IMG/VR virus record: IMGVR_UViG_3300025066_001702
Location: 369 to 64,368 of that record
DNA length: 64,000 nt
Source: a virus
Lineage: Duplodnaviria > Caudoviricetes
Strand: one strand, 5' to 3'
Part shown: positions 21,055 to 31,487 of the stretch, piece by piece
Numbering within the stretch: position 1 is the stretch's first letter
Layout: each line of letters begins with the position of its first letter
The notes under the pieces: model-generated
What the model was told of the DNA's origin: nothing
What the model saw: the letters and a program-made list of their open reading frames with translations, nothing else
Databases searched by the model: none
Program-made: the position numbers and the translations under genes

Positions 21055-21744
21055 TTATATTTTGCCTTCTGTCCAATTTTTCTTAAAAATATGGTATTTT
21101 GTACGAAGTTTGTTTAGATTATTGACTACCTGTTTCGTATTGAGTCCAGTAAGTTCACGAAGATATAAATAAATTGCTTTTTTATTGTATATCATTTCGT
21201 CTTCATCTATTGATTTTAGAAGTATTTTTACCGCTTCGAGAACCTTTTTCTCGTTTTCTTTAAGATTTCCAGTATCCCAAGTGTCTATTTCACTCCAGAG
21301 AGACATCCAGAACTCCCTCTCCTCTCTTTCTTCATGGTATTTATTTTTTGTCGTAATAAGCTCTTGATCGACTTCTTTTGGCATCTCGTCGTATAGGACT
21401 TCTGTTCTCGCACGCTTGGCGTTTTTCTTCACCTTGTGAATAAACCAGTTTTTGGTAATTACACTGAAATATGAGAATGCCTTTGAGCCCTTAGTGTGAT
21501 CATATTTATCAAGAATGGTGGTTAGCCAAACTTTGCACTCGCTTTTAAGCGAATCAATATTTGGAAGATTTGTAAACTTATATGTGTATACAATCTTGTC
21601 CACCATCTCATTGAATGCTGGTCCTATGAAATCAATATATAATTGTGTTCTTATCTTTTGATCTTCTGTCGCCACATATTGAATTATTGCATTCTCGTGA
21701 TCTTTTGTAAAATAATGCTTTCCGGACTTCCTTGCGCGTGCCAT
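21055..21744 (-). CDS. Phage sigma factor, T4 gp55-like (late transcription)
   Basis: HYFT...KYD...KAFSYFSVITKNWFI region-2-like motif of gp55-type sigma factors. Confidence 0.7.
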   Translation of the reverse strand: MARARKSGKHYFTKDHENAIIQYVATEDQKIRTQLYIDFIGPAFNEMVDKIVYTYKFTNLPNIDSLKSECKVWLTTILDKYDHTKGSKAFSYFSVITKNWFIHKVKKNAKRARTEVLYDEMPKEVDQELITTKNKYHEEREEREFWMSLWSEIDTWDTGNLKENEKKVLEAVKILLKSIDEDEMIYNKKAIYLYLRELTGLNTKQVVNNLNKLRTKYHIFKKNWTEGKI

Positions 21745-21747
21745 AAA

Positions 21748-22059
21748 CTATCGTCTTTCCTTTTCAACTTCTTCATCTATTTGTTCATCCCCTGCTTCAA
21801 GTTCTTCGAATATTTCACTATAAATCTCCAACTGTTCTACCACAAACTTTGAATGCTCAAGTAGCTTTACAAGAGTTTCATCTCCGAAATACATTTCCAT
21901 CTGATTGACATCATTCAAATGCTTTCCAAACGTTTCATTTATCGATAATATTGTTTCAGCATTTTCCTGAAGGAATATTAATTTACTTATTATCTTTGAT
22001 GTATACCAAACTAAAAGAAAGTTTAGTGCAATCGATAATGTCAGAATTAAAATTATCAT
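21748..22059 (-). CDS. Hypothetical protein with N-terminal transmembrane helix
   Basis: Hydrophobic first 20 residues. Confidence 0.6.
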   Translation of the reverse strand: MIILILTLSIALNFLLVWYTSKIISKLIFLQENAETILSINETFGKHLNDVNQMEMYFGDETLVKLLEHSKFVVEQLEIYSEIFEELEAGDEQIDEEVEKERR

Positions 22060-22331
22060 TGCTTGGGTGTCCAGTTTTTCATTTCTTCTTTATATTCTTC
22101 GACTTCTTTTTTCGCTTCCTCGATATGCTCACTCACAACTTGTCCAACTTGGACATCTTTTTCTTGTTTCTTGACAAGGTTCATGAATTGAGGAACTCGT
22201 TCCACCGTAGAATCGGGAGAGCATTTGCTTTCGTTATTTATCTGCAGACAAGTCTCAACAGATTCGCCGAACGAGTGGATTACTTCAAATGAATCGCTAC
22301 ACTCACTGCATTTATAAATATACTTCGGCAT
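22056..22331 (-). CDS. FmdB-like zinc-ribbon protein
   Basis: MPKYIYKCSEC...FE...C...C pattern. Confidence 0.75.
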   Translation of the reverse strand: MPKYIYKCSECSDSFEVIHSFGESVETCLQINNESKCSPDSTVERVPQFMNLVKKQEKDVQVGQVVSEHIEEAKKEVEEYKEEMKNWTPKQ

Positions 22332-22579
22332 TACTGTTCAGTAGTGCCTGTTCCGTCCAATTCATCGACATATGCCTGAAACACAGAGCCGACATCTCCC
22401 TCTGCAGATTCGGTATCAGGAGTCGTCATATCCACAACTGGTGGATTTTCTACAACGAGTCCGTCATCAGTTTCAGCAAATTTAAAATCTTTTAGGACGG
22501 GAACGATGTCTGTTTGATTCATTAGTGAGTTTTGGAGAGCCATCATAACTGCTCCGAGTGCTTGATTTGTAAGTTGCAT
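22331..22579 (-). CDS. Hypothetical protein
   Basis: 82 aa; AGGAGG RBS. Confidence 0.65.
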   Translation of the reverse strand: MQLTNQALGAVMMALQNSLMNQTDIVPVLKDFKFAETDDGLVVENPPVVDMTTPDTESAEGDVGSVFQAYVDELDGTGTTEQ

Positions 22580-22608
22580 TGCAACCTCCTTGTTTATATG
22601 TTATACTT

Positions 22609-22637
22609 ATAATATCACACATATGTGACATTTTCAA
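22609..22637 (-). promoter_or_regulatory. Sigma70-like promoter
   Basis: TTGAAA-17 bp-TATTAT upstream of the ORF starting at 22579. Confidence 0.55.
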
Positions 22638-22644
22638 ATTATCT

Positions 22645-22860
22645 TCAAGTCGTTTTATTCAATACTTCTAATTCGCGTTCTTCAAATCTCATTGTATCTT
22701 GAAATTTTGTTCTATAAACTTCATACAGAACATAAGGCTTGTCCATTACGGTGTATGCGAACTTCTCGATGATCACTCCATGTCCAGTGTCTCTCGTGAA
22801 TCCGATTCCATCAGCATAGGACTCATACCACTTTACAAGAGTTCCTTTCTTAAATTCCAT
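22645..22860 (-). CDS. Small hypothetical protein (SH3/KOW-like)
   Basis: KGTLVKW start typical of small phage beta-barrel proteins. Confidence 0.5.
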   Translation of the reverse strand: MEFKKGTLVKWYESYADGIGFTRDTGHGVIIEKFAYTVMDKPYVLYEVYRTKFQDTMRFEERELEVLNKTT

Positions 22861-23824
22861 TTTTCTCTATTAATCTTAAATCGCTCTCATACATCATTTT
22901 AGCTAAAGCTTTAAATTTAACCGCTGGTTCCCAGTTTAAACTCTCTTTCGCTTTTGAAGGATCTCCGAGGAGGAGTGGAACTTCGTGGGGACGAAACAGT
23001 CTCTCGGATATTTCTACATGCTTATTTACATCAAGTCCGGCGTGCTCGAATACGGCATCCAAGAACTCTTTTACCGAGTGAGTCTCTCCAGTGGCGATGA
23101 CATAGTCATCTGGCGTACCTTGTTGCAGCATTAGCCACATTGCTTCTACATAGTCTCCTGCGTAGCCCCAGTCTCTCTTAGCATCGAGGTTGCCTAAATA
23201 AAGCTTGTCTTGTAAGCCCAATTTAATACGGGCGGCTGCAAGGGTTATCTTGCGGGTAACAAATGTCTCTCCACGGCGTGGTGACTCGTGATTGAAGAGA
23301 ATTCCGCTGGAGATGTGTAGTCCGTAGCTTTCTCTGTAGTTTCTACAAAGGTTGTGGGCGTACACTTTGGCACAAGCATATGGGCTGGCTGGAGTTAATC
23401 TAGTTGTCTCTCGTTGAGGGTGTTCTGGATTGTCTCCGAACATCTCGGATGAAGACGCTTGATAGAAGCGTGCTTCGGGGCAAGTGTTTCTGAATGTCTC
23501 TAAGAGACGGAGAGTTCCCATTGCGACGAACTCGGTTGTTTCCTCTGGCGTCTCAAACGATACTCTAACGTGAGATTGGGCAGCAAGGTTATAAATCTCG
23601 TCTGGTTTATGTTCGAGGAGTAGCCGATGAAGACATCCTGAGTCGTTAAGATTTCCATACACCATTTGGAAATTAGGATTTCCCATTAGATGATTTATCC
23701 GGCTTGTGCTGATAATGGATGTTCTGCGTTTCATGGCGACGACTTTATACCCCTTGAGCAGAAGGAGTTCTGCCAAATACGATCCGTCTTGTCCTGTTAT
23801 TCCTGTTACGAACGCTGTCTTCAT
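22850..23824 (-). CDS. gmd: GDP-mannose 4,6-dehydratase
   Basis: [42 protein letters not shown]. Confidence 0.95.
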   Translation of the reverse strand: MKTAFVTGITGQDGSYLAELLLLKGYKVVAMKRRTSIISTSRINHLMGNPNFQMVYGNLNDSGCLHRLLLEHKPDEIYNLAAQSHVRVSFETPEETTEFVAMGTLRLLETFRNTCPEARFYQASSSEMFGDNPEHPQRETTRLTPASPYACAKVYAHNLCRNYRESYGLHISSGILFNHESPRRGETFVTRKITLAAARIKLGLQDKLYLGNLDAKRDWGYAGDYVEAMWLMLQQGTPDDYVIATGETHSVKEFLDAVFEHAGLDVNKHVEISERLFRPHEVPLLLGDPSKAKESLNWEPAVKFKALAKMMYESDLRLIEKNGI

Positions 23825-24759
23825 TATTTTACTCCTCTCAAGTTAGGATATTTTCTTTCAAACCATCTGCAAGTTGCCTCTAAGGCATTATCAAAATTTG
23901 TGTATTCTTTTTCGTTCCACCCAAGAGATAATAATTTTGAATTACAAGACGGCTTCCTAAGTTGACCATTTGGTTTTGTTGCATCCCACTCAATATGTCC
24001 ATCATAATTTAGAAATTTAGAAACTTTTTGAACAATACTAATGATAGAATGTTCACCAGTAGTTCCAACATTTATTGGGTCAGGTTGATCATAATTTTCC
24101 ATAAGAAAAATGGCAATCTTGGAAATATCTTTTACATATGTAAATTCTCTCATGGGAGTTCCATCGCCCCACAGAACCACTTCATTGCCAGATTGTTTGG
24201 CTTCATAAATTTTTCTAATGATTGCCGGAATGACGTGAGAGCCTTGTAAGTCAAAATTGTCATGCTCTCCGAACAGATTATTTGGAGACATACTAATAAA
24301 GTTACATCCATATTGTTGCCTATACGCCCTTGACTGAATGTCTATCATTCTTTTTGTATAGGCATAAGTATAGTTTGATGAGTGCGGAGGTCCATTGTGA
24401 ATCTGTTGTTCAGTTAATGGGTACTCCACATTATCTGGATATATGCAAGTACTAAGGCACGATAAAAGCTTTGTGACACCATGGACTCTCGCGGCATCTA
24501 AGACATTCGTATTCATTGTGATATTATCAAAATAAAAAGCTCCTAAATTTTCCATATTTGCAAGGACGCCGCCGACTCGACTGGCTAAGTGAAAAACATA
24601 TTCTGGCTTATGTGTTTCAAAAAGTTGATCAACTTGTTTGCGATATCTTATGTCACAATCTTTTGACGAAACATAAATAGCATTAGGCAAATAGTCCTTG
24701 AATGCCTTTCCAAGCATTCCAGAGCCACCAGTTATTAACACCTTTTTATTTTCTAACAT
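23824..24759 (-). CDS. fcl: GDP-L-fucose synthase (epimerase/reductase)
   Basis: [41 protein letters not shown]. Confidence 0.9.
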   Translation of the reverse strand: MLENKKVLITGGSGMLGKAFKDYLPNAIYVSSKDCDIRYRKQVDQLFETHKPEYVFHLASRVGGVLANMENLGAFYFDNITMNTNVLDAARVHGVTKLLSCLSTCIYPDNVEYPLTEQQIHNGPPHSSNYTYAYTKRMIDIQSRAYRQQYGCNFISMSPNNLFGEHDNFDLQGSHVIPAIIRKIYEAKQSGNEVVLWGDGTPMREFTYVKDISKIAIFLMENYDQPDPINVGTTGEHSIISIVQKVSKFLNYDGHIEWDATKPNGQLRKPSCNSKLLSLGWNEKEYTNFDNALEATCRWFERKYPNLRGVK

Positions 24760-24777
24760 TGTCTTTTTTCCTCAATA

Positions 24778-25092
24778 CTAATACTGTTTGATACATTTCT
24801 TAAAAAATCTTTCTGAACTTATCGCTTTGTCACAAATGAAAACATCGTAATTTGGCTTTTTTAGTTTTAGTTCGTGATACTTAGCGCCCCAATCATTTAA
24901 TTGTTTTTCAGTTGTCTCTGTCCAGTCGATTCCAGTAGTTGTTCCGCGTGCAGTCCAATAGACAACTTTATTGCCTTGTTCGTAAAGTTGATTTATCTTT
25001 TCGATATTATCACAGATAGGTTTCGCATCTGGATAATGCCTCTCTCCATCATAATGGCAGATTGTTTCGTCGATATCGACATAATAAATCAT
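24778..25092 (-). CDS. Small HAD-superfamily phosphatase
   Basis: DIDETI motif I, WTARG motif II, KP..D..ICDK. Confidence 0.75.
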   Translation of the reverse strand: MIYYVDIDETICHYDGERHYPDAKPICDNIEKINQLYEQGNKVVYWTARGTTTGIDWTETTEKQLNDWGAKYHELKLKKPNYDVFICDKAISSERFFKKCIKQY

Positions 25093-25433
25093 TAATCACC
25101 CTTTTCCACTCGGTAGGAATCCGAATCGAAATGCTCCGTAGAAAACTCAAACAATTCAGAATCCTCTAATGCGATCATTCGATGTCTCAATCCGCGATGA
25201 ACATGAAAGTTGTTACCCGGATGGAGCACCAATTCTTTAGCCGTTGTTATATCATCTTCATCAGAATATTTAATCAACATCTTGCCAGTCTGCAAATAAA
25301 ACACTTCATCTTTTAATACATGATAGTGCCAAGAACATTTCTTATCTTTTTCAAAAAACAAAAGCTTTCCGCAATATTCTTCTTTATTGACAATCCAGCG
25401 TTCCCAACCCCAGCCCTTATCTACGTGCTTCAT
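25092..25433 (-). CDS. Cupin-domain sugar isomerase-like protein
   Basis: KGWG, SWHYH..KDEVF, RHR motifs. Confidence 0.8.
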   Translation of the reverse strand: MKHVDKGWGWERWIVNKEEYCGKLLFFEKDKKCSWHYHVLKDEVFYLQTGKMLIKYSDEDDITTAKELVLHPGNNFHVHRGLRHRMIALEDSELFEFSTEHFDSDSYRVEKGD

Positions 25434-26128
25434 TGTGGCTTTCTCCCATAAGATAGTAACATTTTTTCTTTTGAAAATCTAATCAATTTCCTATCTTTTG
25501 TATTTCTCTCATCTCGATCTTTCCACTTTAAACTATCTGGTAGAAGTGCAACGGCTTTGGCAACAAACTCTAAATAAGGATACTTCCATAAAAACGGAAG
25601 CTGATAAAAGTATTCGCAATCGACATCTTCGAATCCATAGATTTTAAGACAGTCTCTTAATCCCTTTCTTGTGAAGGGCTTCACATGAGTGTAATCGTCC
25701 CAATAGTTCTTGTATTGTGAGCCCCAGTCTGGGCACATGCCGACAAAAACACCACCGGGTTTGAGGACGCGGAGTGCTTCGCTAATAAAATTATCAGTAT
25801 TCCTTACATGCTCCAAAACTGACTTACTGTATATAAAATCAAACGTGTCGTCATCAAAGGGAATCTTATCTGTCTCTAAATTACATTCTTTAAAGATATA
25901 GCCTTCGTGTTTTTCATCACGTATATCAATTCCATATAACTCTAAATTATTGCGACGATTAAACATCTTAAGCGCTCGCCCTGTGCAACAGCCGATATCT
26001 AAAACTTTGAATTCCTGATCCGCTGCAAGCTCACCTTCTATGAATCTCTCATAAAGATGATCTGCTAATTTTTGGGGATATTCGTTTTTTTCATCTGATG
26101 GGTAAATGATATCTTTATAATTTGACAT
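25430..26128 (-). CDS. Class I SAM-dependent methyltransferase
   Basis: VLDIGCCTG, FDFIYSKSVLEH, RVLKPGG; start at MSNYK (26128) with AGGAG RBS. Confidence 0.85.
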   Translation of the reverse strand: MSNYKDIIYPSDEKNEYPQKLADHLYERFIEGELAADQEFKVLDIGCCTGRALKMFNRRNNLELYGIDIRDEKHEGYIFKECNLETDKIPFDDDTFDFIYSKSVLEHVRNTDNFISEALRVLKPGGVFVGMCPDWGSQYKNYWDDYTHVKPFTRKGLRDCLKIYGFEDVDCEYFYQLPFLWKYPYLEFVAKAVALLPDSLKWKDRDERNTKDRKLIRFSKEKMLLSYGRKPQ

Positions 26129-26136
26129 TTGTTCTC

Positions 26137-26877
26137 CTATAACCCTTTTGTAAGCCAGCCGCCGTCCACATACAGATCCTGTCCAGTAACAAAACTTGAT
26201 GCATCGGAAGCTAAAAATATAACTGCTCCGATTAAGTCTTCTGGATGTCCCCATCTGCCTAACAGAGTTCTGTTTTTTCTCATGTTGTTCATTTCTGGAT
26301 CATTCCAGCTTTTTTCAGTCATCGCAGTCTTAATATATCCCGGTCCTATATTATTGGCACGAATTCCATATTGTCCAAGATCATAGGCAAGTGATTTAGT
26401 TAGCTGCTTTAGAGCACCCTTAGAAGTCATATATGCTGGGTTGTCGGGGAAAGCTAATTCGGCATTTAAGCTCGTTATATTAATGATTGAGCCACTGGCG
26501 CTCTTCTTCATATGCGCAGCAACAAGATTGGCTAAATGAAAAGGTGCTGTTACATTTACCGCTAAAGTGTTTGTCCAAAGATTGTCGGGATATATATCCA
26601 TGTCGCTTCCGAGACTTATACCAGCGTTATTAACCAATATATCAATTTTTCCATGCTCTTCTATAACGGAGTCAACTAATTTCGTTATTTCATATATATC
26701 TGTGATATCACACTTTACTGTCTGACAATTAATATCTTGATTCAAAATGTCCACGGCAATGACTGTTGCTCCGGCGAGGATTAATCCTTCGGCGATTGCT
26801 CTTCCATTTCCGCGAGCGGAACCAGTAACAATTGCAACTTTATTCTGTAGGGAAAACAGATTCTCTATATAACTCAT
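26137..26877 (-). CDS. SDR oxidoreductase (gluconate 5-dehydrogenase-like)
   Basis: TGSARGNG, NNAG, YMTSK. Confidence 0.85.
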   Translation of the reverse strand: MSYIENLFSLQNKVAIVTGSARGNGRAIAEGLILAGATVIAVDILNQDINCQTVKCDITDIYEITKLVDSVIEEHGKIDILVNNAGISLGSDMDIYPDNLWTNTLAVNVTAPFHLANLVAAHMKKSASGSIINITSLNAELAFPDNPAYMTSKGALKQLTKSLAYDLGQYGIRANNIGPGYIKTAMTEKSWNDPEMNNMRKNRTLLGRWGHPEDLIGAVIFLASDASSFVTGQDLYVDGGWLTKGL

Positions 26878-27599
26878 CGTATAACAATCCTGTTGACGCG
26901 AACTTCTTCCGAGATAAGTTCAGAATCATAAGACATCATGAAAGCAACATATTCTGCAACCTCTTTTGGATCAAGGAAGGTGGAAAAATCCTGTCTTTTA
27001 TCAGTTGCGCCCATTGGTGTTCTAATTGATCCTGGGGAGTATGAATAAACTCTAATATTCTTCTCCTTTAACTCCTGATACAAGGAACGAGAGAGTCCAA
27101 GTAGTGCGTGCTTAGAGACGCAATATAAGCCAGCGTCGGCGGATCCTCCGTAAGCCGAGGAGGAGCCAATGTTCATTATTCTGCCCCACTGCCTCTTCTT
27201 CATGCCAATGACTAACCTCTTTGCAAAAATAAAAGGAGCCTTTACGTTGATATTCATACATCTTTCATAATCTTCCAAAGTAGTATCGGTTAAACTTTTA
27301 AGCGGAAAGATACCGGCGCAGTTCACAACGATGTCTGTTTCGTCACCGTAAACTTGCAAAACGCTGTCACAAACAGCCTGAATGTCTTCAGTGTTCTTTA
27401 AGTCACCTACGCAGTAAGATACATCGACTCTGCTTTGTGATTTGATGATGTTTTTTAAATCTTCCAACTTCTGCTTATTAGTGGATGTCATAAATATATT
27501 GCAGCCGTGGTGGGCTAACAAAATACAAATCTCCCTACCAAGACCGCCTGTGGCGCCGGTTACAAAAACATTCTTATCCCTGTAGATATCAAATCTCAT
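26874..27599 (-). CDS. SDR oxidoreductase
   Basis: TGATGGLG, NCAG, YCVSK. Confidence 0.85.
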   Translation of the reverse strand: MRFDIYRDKNVFVTGATGGLGREICILLAHHGCNIFMTSTNKQKLEDLKNIIKSQSRVDVSYCVGDLKNTEDIQAVCDSVLQVYGDETDIVVNCAGIFPLKSLTDTTLEDYERCMNINVKAPFIFAKRLVIGMKKRQWGRIMNIGSSSAYGGSADAGLYCVSKHALLGLSRSLYQELKEKNIRVYSYSPGSIRTPMGATDKRQDFSTFLDPKEVAEYVAFMMSYDSELISEEVRVNRIVIR

Positions 27600-28033
27600 A
27601 AATCTTGAACCAACTCAATCAACGTTCCATCAGGATCTCGACAAAAGGCAATCTTCACATTACCATCTGGAGATATTTGTACTGGATAGTTAAAAGGTGT
27701 TCCATTTTTCGTCAGCCGTTCATATAGGGAATCCAAATCATCAACAGTGAGAGCAAAGTGTGAGCAGCCAATATTTGTAATCGGGTAATTCAATTGTTGC
27801 TCTTCTGAATTCGGATGAGATAGATAATGCAATAACTCAATCATTCCAGAGTTATTTCTGCCTACCATCTTTACAGTCTTTACATTCACACCTTCAAGTG
27901 CGGAAAAGTTATTGATACACTCTCCGCTTTCGAGCATAATCTTTCTAACCTCGAAACCAAGATATTCTTGATAAAACTCAATAGAACGCTCTAAGTCACT
28001 CACAGTAATTCCAACGTGTCGAAACGAACTCAT
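27596..28033 (-). CDS. VOC/glyoxalase-family protein
   Basis: HVGITVSDLERSIEFY, HFALTVDDLD, RDPDGTLIEL. Confidence 0.85.
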   Translation of the reverse strand: MSSFRHVGITVSDLERSIEFYQEYLGFEVRKIMLESGECINNFSALEGVNVKTVKMVGRNNSGMIELLHYLSHPNSEEQQLNYPITNIGCSHFALTVDDLDSLYERLTKNGTPFNYPVQISPDGNVKIAFCRDPDGTLIELVQDL

Positions 28034-28755
28034 GATCTAATGTTTCTCCTTATCTGCTCTTGTAGTCTTCTGACTGTCTTATTATCTGTCTGTGTCAACA
28101 ACCTTGCGATATCCAAATCATACTGTGAGTCAATGTCAATCACATTTTCACATACACACCCATATATTATATCACCAAAAGCCGTACTATTCAAGACAGT
28201 ATTCTTTTTTACAACATCAATATGTCCGTTTCCTGTATATGCTTTTGGAAATGTCTGTCTTGGGAGATTATTATAGTTCTGAATTCCATTGAAATCAGAA
28301 AAGAATCCTTTGAAAATATTGTTTTCTAACTGAATAACTTTATACGGATTCTCGTTAATTTCATTGACTGTTCTAAAGCCTGTGATTGAGTCTTTAAGTT
28401 TATTATAGGCAACAATTGCCTCGTCCATAAATTCAGGACTTCTAAAGGGTGTCGTTGGTCTTATAAGGGCAACCTCTTCGACTTCATATAAACCAAAGAA
28501 GTGTCTTAGAAACCCCACGTCTGTACTGCTGTCTTGAGATAGATTCGCAGGACGCAAAAAAGGAACCTCTGCTCCGTACTTCTTGCTTATCTCTGCTATC
28601 TCTCTATCTTCAGTAGAAACAAATATTCGTTCAATGTTCTTTGCTATTTGACAGGCAGCGATACTGTATGCTATAAGGGGGTATCCGTCGATATCTACGA
28701 TATTCTTTCTCGGAATCCCCTTGCTCCCGCCTCGGGCAGGTATTAGAGCGAACAT
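28030..28755 (-). CDS. neuA: Acylneuraminate (nonulosonate) cytidylyltransferase
   Basis: IPARGGSKGIPRKN, PFLRP, RPTTPFR, DID. Confidence 0.9.
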   Translation of the reverse strand: MFALIPARGGSKGIPRKNIVDIDGYPLIAYSIAACQIAKNIERIFVSTEDREIAEISKKYGAEVPFLRPANLSQDSSTDVGFLRHFFGLYEVEEVALIRPTTPFRSPEFMDEAIVAYNKLKDSITGFRTVNEINENPYKVIQLENNIFKGFFSDFNGIQNYNNLPRQTFPKAYTGNGHIDVVKKNTVLNSTAFGDIIYGCVCENVIDIDSQYDLDIARLLTQTDNKTVRRLQEQIRRNIRS

Positions 28756-28757
28756 TA

Positions 28758-29588
28758 TTAATGCTTTCGGAGCTTCTTCATCGCTGGAACTTCAGATGGC
28801 TGTAACTGCTTGACTGATGATCCAAGTGATTCTTCTACTGCCCTCACGTACTTTACAAGCTTATTAAGTCCGCCAAGCTCCAAGGAGGCTGATTGGTCTG
28901 AGCCATACATTGCCCTATCCAACGTGATGTGTCGCTCCAAAGATGTAGCTCCTAATGCCACGGCAGCGCAACTGACGACAACGCCTACTTCGTGCCCACT
29001 ATATCCAATGTCGCAACCAAACTGTTCACGAAGTGTTGAAATAACTCGTAAGTTTGCGTCACTTGGCTGCATCGGGTATGTACTATTACAGTGCATTAGC
29101 TCATATGGGCAATTTACTTTTTCAAAAATTGATGCCGCGTGTTCGATTTGCTCCACAGTGCTCATTCCGGTGGAAATAAAGGTGTGCTTTCCTTCTTCTG
29201 CAATCGTTTCTAACAATTTGTCGTGAGTAAGCATTGGTGACGCCACCTTGTGATAACTCAAGTCATATTTCCTCAGAAACATTTGACTCGGAATATCCCA
29301 AGCCGAGGCAGTCCATTGGATTCCCTTCTCTTTGCAGTAGCTATCAATCTCATCATATTCAGCTTCTCCAAATTCCAGTCCCTCCTTTTGCTCACGATTG
29401 GTGGTGCCCCAAGGGCTTTCACGAGGCTTGTCAAGCTCTTCTTGTGTATATACAAGATCAAGTGTTCGCTTCTGGAATTTAACCATATCGCAACCAGCGG
29501 TGACGGCTCCGTCAATCAATTTCTTTGCCAAGTCCATATCGCCATTGTGGTTAATTCCGACTTCAGCGATAATAAAAGTTTTATTCAT
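28758..29588 (-). CDS. neuB: N-acetylneuraminate/nonulosonate synthase (short form, no SAF domain)
   Basis: IAEVGINHNG, VKFQKR, STGMS, HCNSTYP, GYSGHE, ERHITLDR. Confidence 0.9.
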   Translation of the reverse strand: MNKTFIIAEVGINHNGDMDLAKKLIDGAVTAGCDMVKFQKRTLDLVYTQEELDKPRESPWGTTNREQKEGLEFGEAEYDEIDSYCKEKGIQWTASAWDIPSQMFLRKYDLSYHKVASPMLTHDKLLETIAEEGKHTFISTGMSTVEQIEHAASIFEKVNCPYELMHCNSTYPMQPSDANLRVISTLREQFGCDIGYSGHEVGVVVSCAAVALGATSLERHITLDRAMYGSDQSASLELGGLNKLVKYVRAVEESLGSSVKQLQPSEVPAMKKLRKH

Positions 29589-30538
29589 AATATTTTTGTT
29601 CCCTCATTTAGTACACCGTACCAAGAATTGTTAAGTAAGTTTATAATTTCTATATCTCTATTTATAGCACTTTTTTTCAGTATTGTCAAGTCATTTTTTA
29701 AGCTATTTCCAAGAAGCTCCCAATGTCCCAAGATTCCCGAACTCAAATGCCTTTCTGTGGAGGCTTCGCTTGAGGCGTATCCTTTTCGATAGTTCAGGTC
29801 CATTCCAGCAACATATATTGGATTGCAGCCCATAATTATTGCAAAAGCAATTGCGTGGAGCGCCACAGTGTCAGCGGTGCCATAGTGTTCCTCTGCGCCA
29901 GATATCTGTTGTAAGTACTCTTGTATCGTTGGGCGATCTTTGACAATTCGACTGCAACACGCTCCATTCGTAAAGATTCCAGAAAATGCAGCGCCGAATT
30001 GTCCGTAAATTGGATTGCAGCCAATTCTTTGTATCTCTGATTTAGATACGGGTTTCCAAATATTGGTATTATTGCCGTACTCTTTGAAATCAAAGTTCTT
30101 ATTCTCCTCGTGGTGCGTTTTAAAACTTTTGATTATGTCCAAGCAAGAACGATTTTTAAAATGCCTTTGATCATAGCCGTGATAATCGCACTTCAAAAGA
30201 GAGTCTATCAACACATAATCACTAAAATCGACAGAATCTGCAAATAAAAATGCACGCTTCACTTCATGAATTATGTCTCGCGGGTATCCTCTCTGAGTCC
30301 ATATTCCAGAATTTTGAATGCCGCTCTGGATAGTGAATTCCCCATTTGCAGTTACCCAATAATCGGGGCTTTCATCAAAATAATCAAACCAATTATTGAC
30401 AGAAAATCTGATTATTTCTTTGTCTCTCTGTAGAGATTCAATCGCTTCCCTATGTTCATTTAAACTTGGACCATGAACCGCTACAACTGCTGGTTCATTT
30501 TTATGCCTGTCAAGTAAATCTTTTTGACTTAGTTTCAT
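29585..30538 (-). CDS. MptE/Maf (DUF115)-like protein, putative nonulosonate transferase
   Basis: VAVHGPSL, FSVN, PDYWV, MGCNPIYVAGMDL; directly upstream of neuB/neuA. Confidence 0.6.
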   Translation of the reverse strand: MKLSQKDLLDRHKNEPAVVAVHGPSLNEHREAIESLQRDKEIIRFSVNNWFDYFDESPDYWVTANGEFTIQSGIQNSGIWTQRGYPRDIIHEVKRAFLFADSVDFSDYVLIDSLLKCDYHGYDQRHFKNRSCLDIIKSFKTHHEENKNFDFKEYGNNTNIWKPVSKSEIQRIGCNPIYGQFGAAFSGIFTNGACCSRIVKDRPTIQEYLQQISGAEEHYGTADTVALHAIAFAIIMGCNPIYVAGMDLNYRKGYASSEASTERHLSSGILGHWELLGNSLKNDLTILKKSAINRDIEIINLLNNSWYGVLNEGTKIL

Positions 30539-30539
30539 T

Positions 30540-31487
30540 TTACCAAATAAAGTTATTTTTATAGTATTTTACAATTTCTGCGACTTCTTTATCGAACACC
30601 TTTTTAGGCTTCCATCCAAGTTGGCGCAGTTTCACATCGTTCAGTGCATATCTTACATCTTGTCCTTGACGGGAATATGAAAAATCTACATACTGTTCCC
30701 AGTCGCTGGTTTCATGATATGCCGATACTACTTTCTTAACTGTGTTGGCGTTTGTCTGCTCAAAGCCACCTGCAACATTGTAAATCTCATTTACTTTGCC
30801 AGAATCAATAATTGACATTACTGCCTCTGCAGTATCATCGGCATGCAACCAGTTCCTAATGGGAGTTCCATTATTGTGAAGTCTAATCTTTAAGCCTCGC
30901 ATCATATTCTTTACTGAGAGAGGAATAAGTTTTTCGGGATATTGCCCGATTCCGTAATTGTTCGTGGGGCGTAGAATAACATACTCAATGTTATAAGTTC
31001 TTGCCCAAGCCAATACAAGCATGTCTGCGGCAGCTTTGGCGGCGGAATAGGGATTACTTGGATGCAATAGGTGATTTTCAGTATGCTCTCCCTCTTCGAT
31101 ATCTCCATATACTTCGTCTGTACTGAAATGGAAAAGAATGGGGCGGCGATTGGTGTTTTCTGGTTTGTGTCGAATTAAGTCAAGAAGATTGCGGACACCC
31201 ATTATATTGCTGCTAACAAAATCTTCACTATCGATAATGCTATTTCCGACATGAGATTCTGCTGCAGTGTTTATGATATAATCACAATCATATAAGTGAT
31301 CAATATCCTTAATGTCTTTTTTTAAAAATATAAAATTAGGATATTTTTCAAATTCCTCTATCAATCCGACGTTTGCGACGTAAGTGCATTTGTCAACCCC
31401 GTATACCATCCAGCCTCGTTCAAGACACTTTCGAGTGACATAAGAACCAATGAATCCGAGGCAACCGGTAACATAGACTATTTTCAT
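30540..31487 (-). CDS. rfbB: dTDP-glucose 4,6-dehydratase-like
   Basis: TGCLGFIG, AAESHV, STDEVYG, PYSAAK, NNYG..QYPEKLIP. Confidence 0.85.
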   Translation of the reverse strand: MKIVYVTGCLGFIGSYVTRKCLERGWMVYGVDKCTYVANVGLIEEFEKYPNFIFLKKDIKDIDHLYDCDYIINTAAESHVGNSIIDSEDFVSSNIMGVRNLLDLIRHKPENTNRRPILFHFSTDEVYGDIEEGEHTENHLLHPSNPYSAAKAAADMLVLAWARTYNIEYVILRPTNNYGIGQYPEKLIPLSVKNMMRGLKIRLHNNGTPIRNWLHADDTAEAVMSIIDSGKVNEIYNVAGGFEQTNANTVKKVVSAYHETSDWEQYVDFSYSRQGQDVRYALNDVKLRQLGWKPKKVFDKEVAEIVKYYKNNFIW

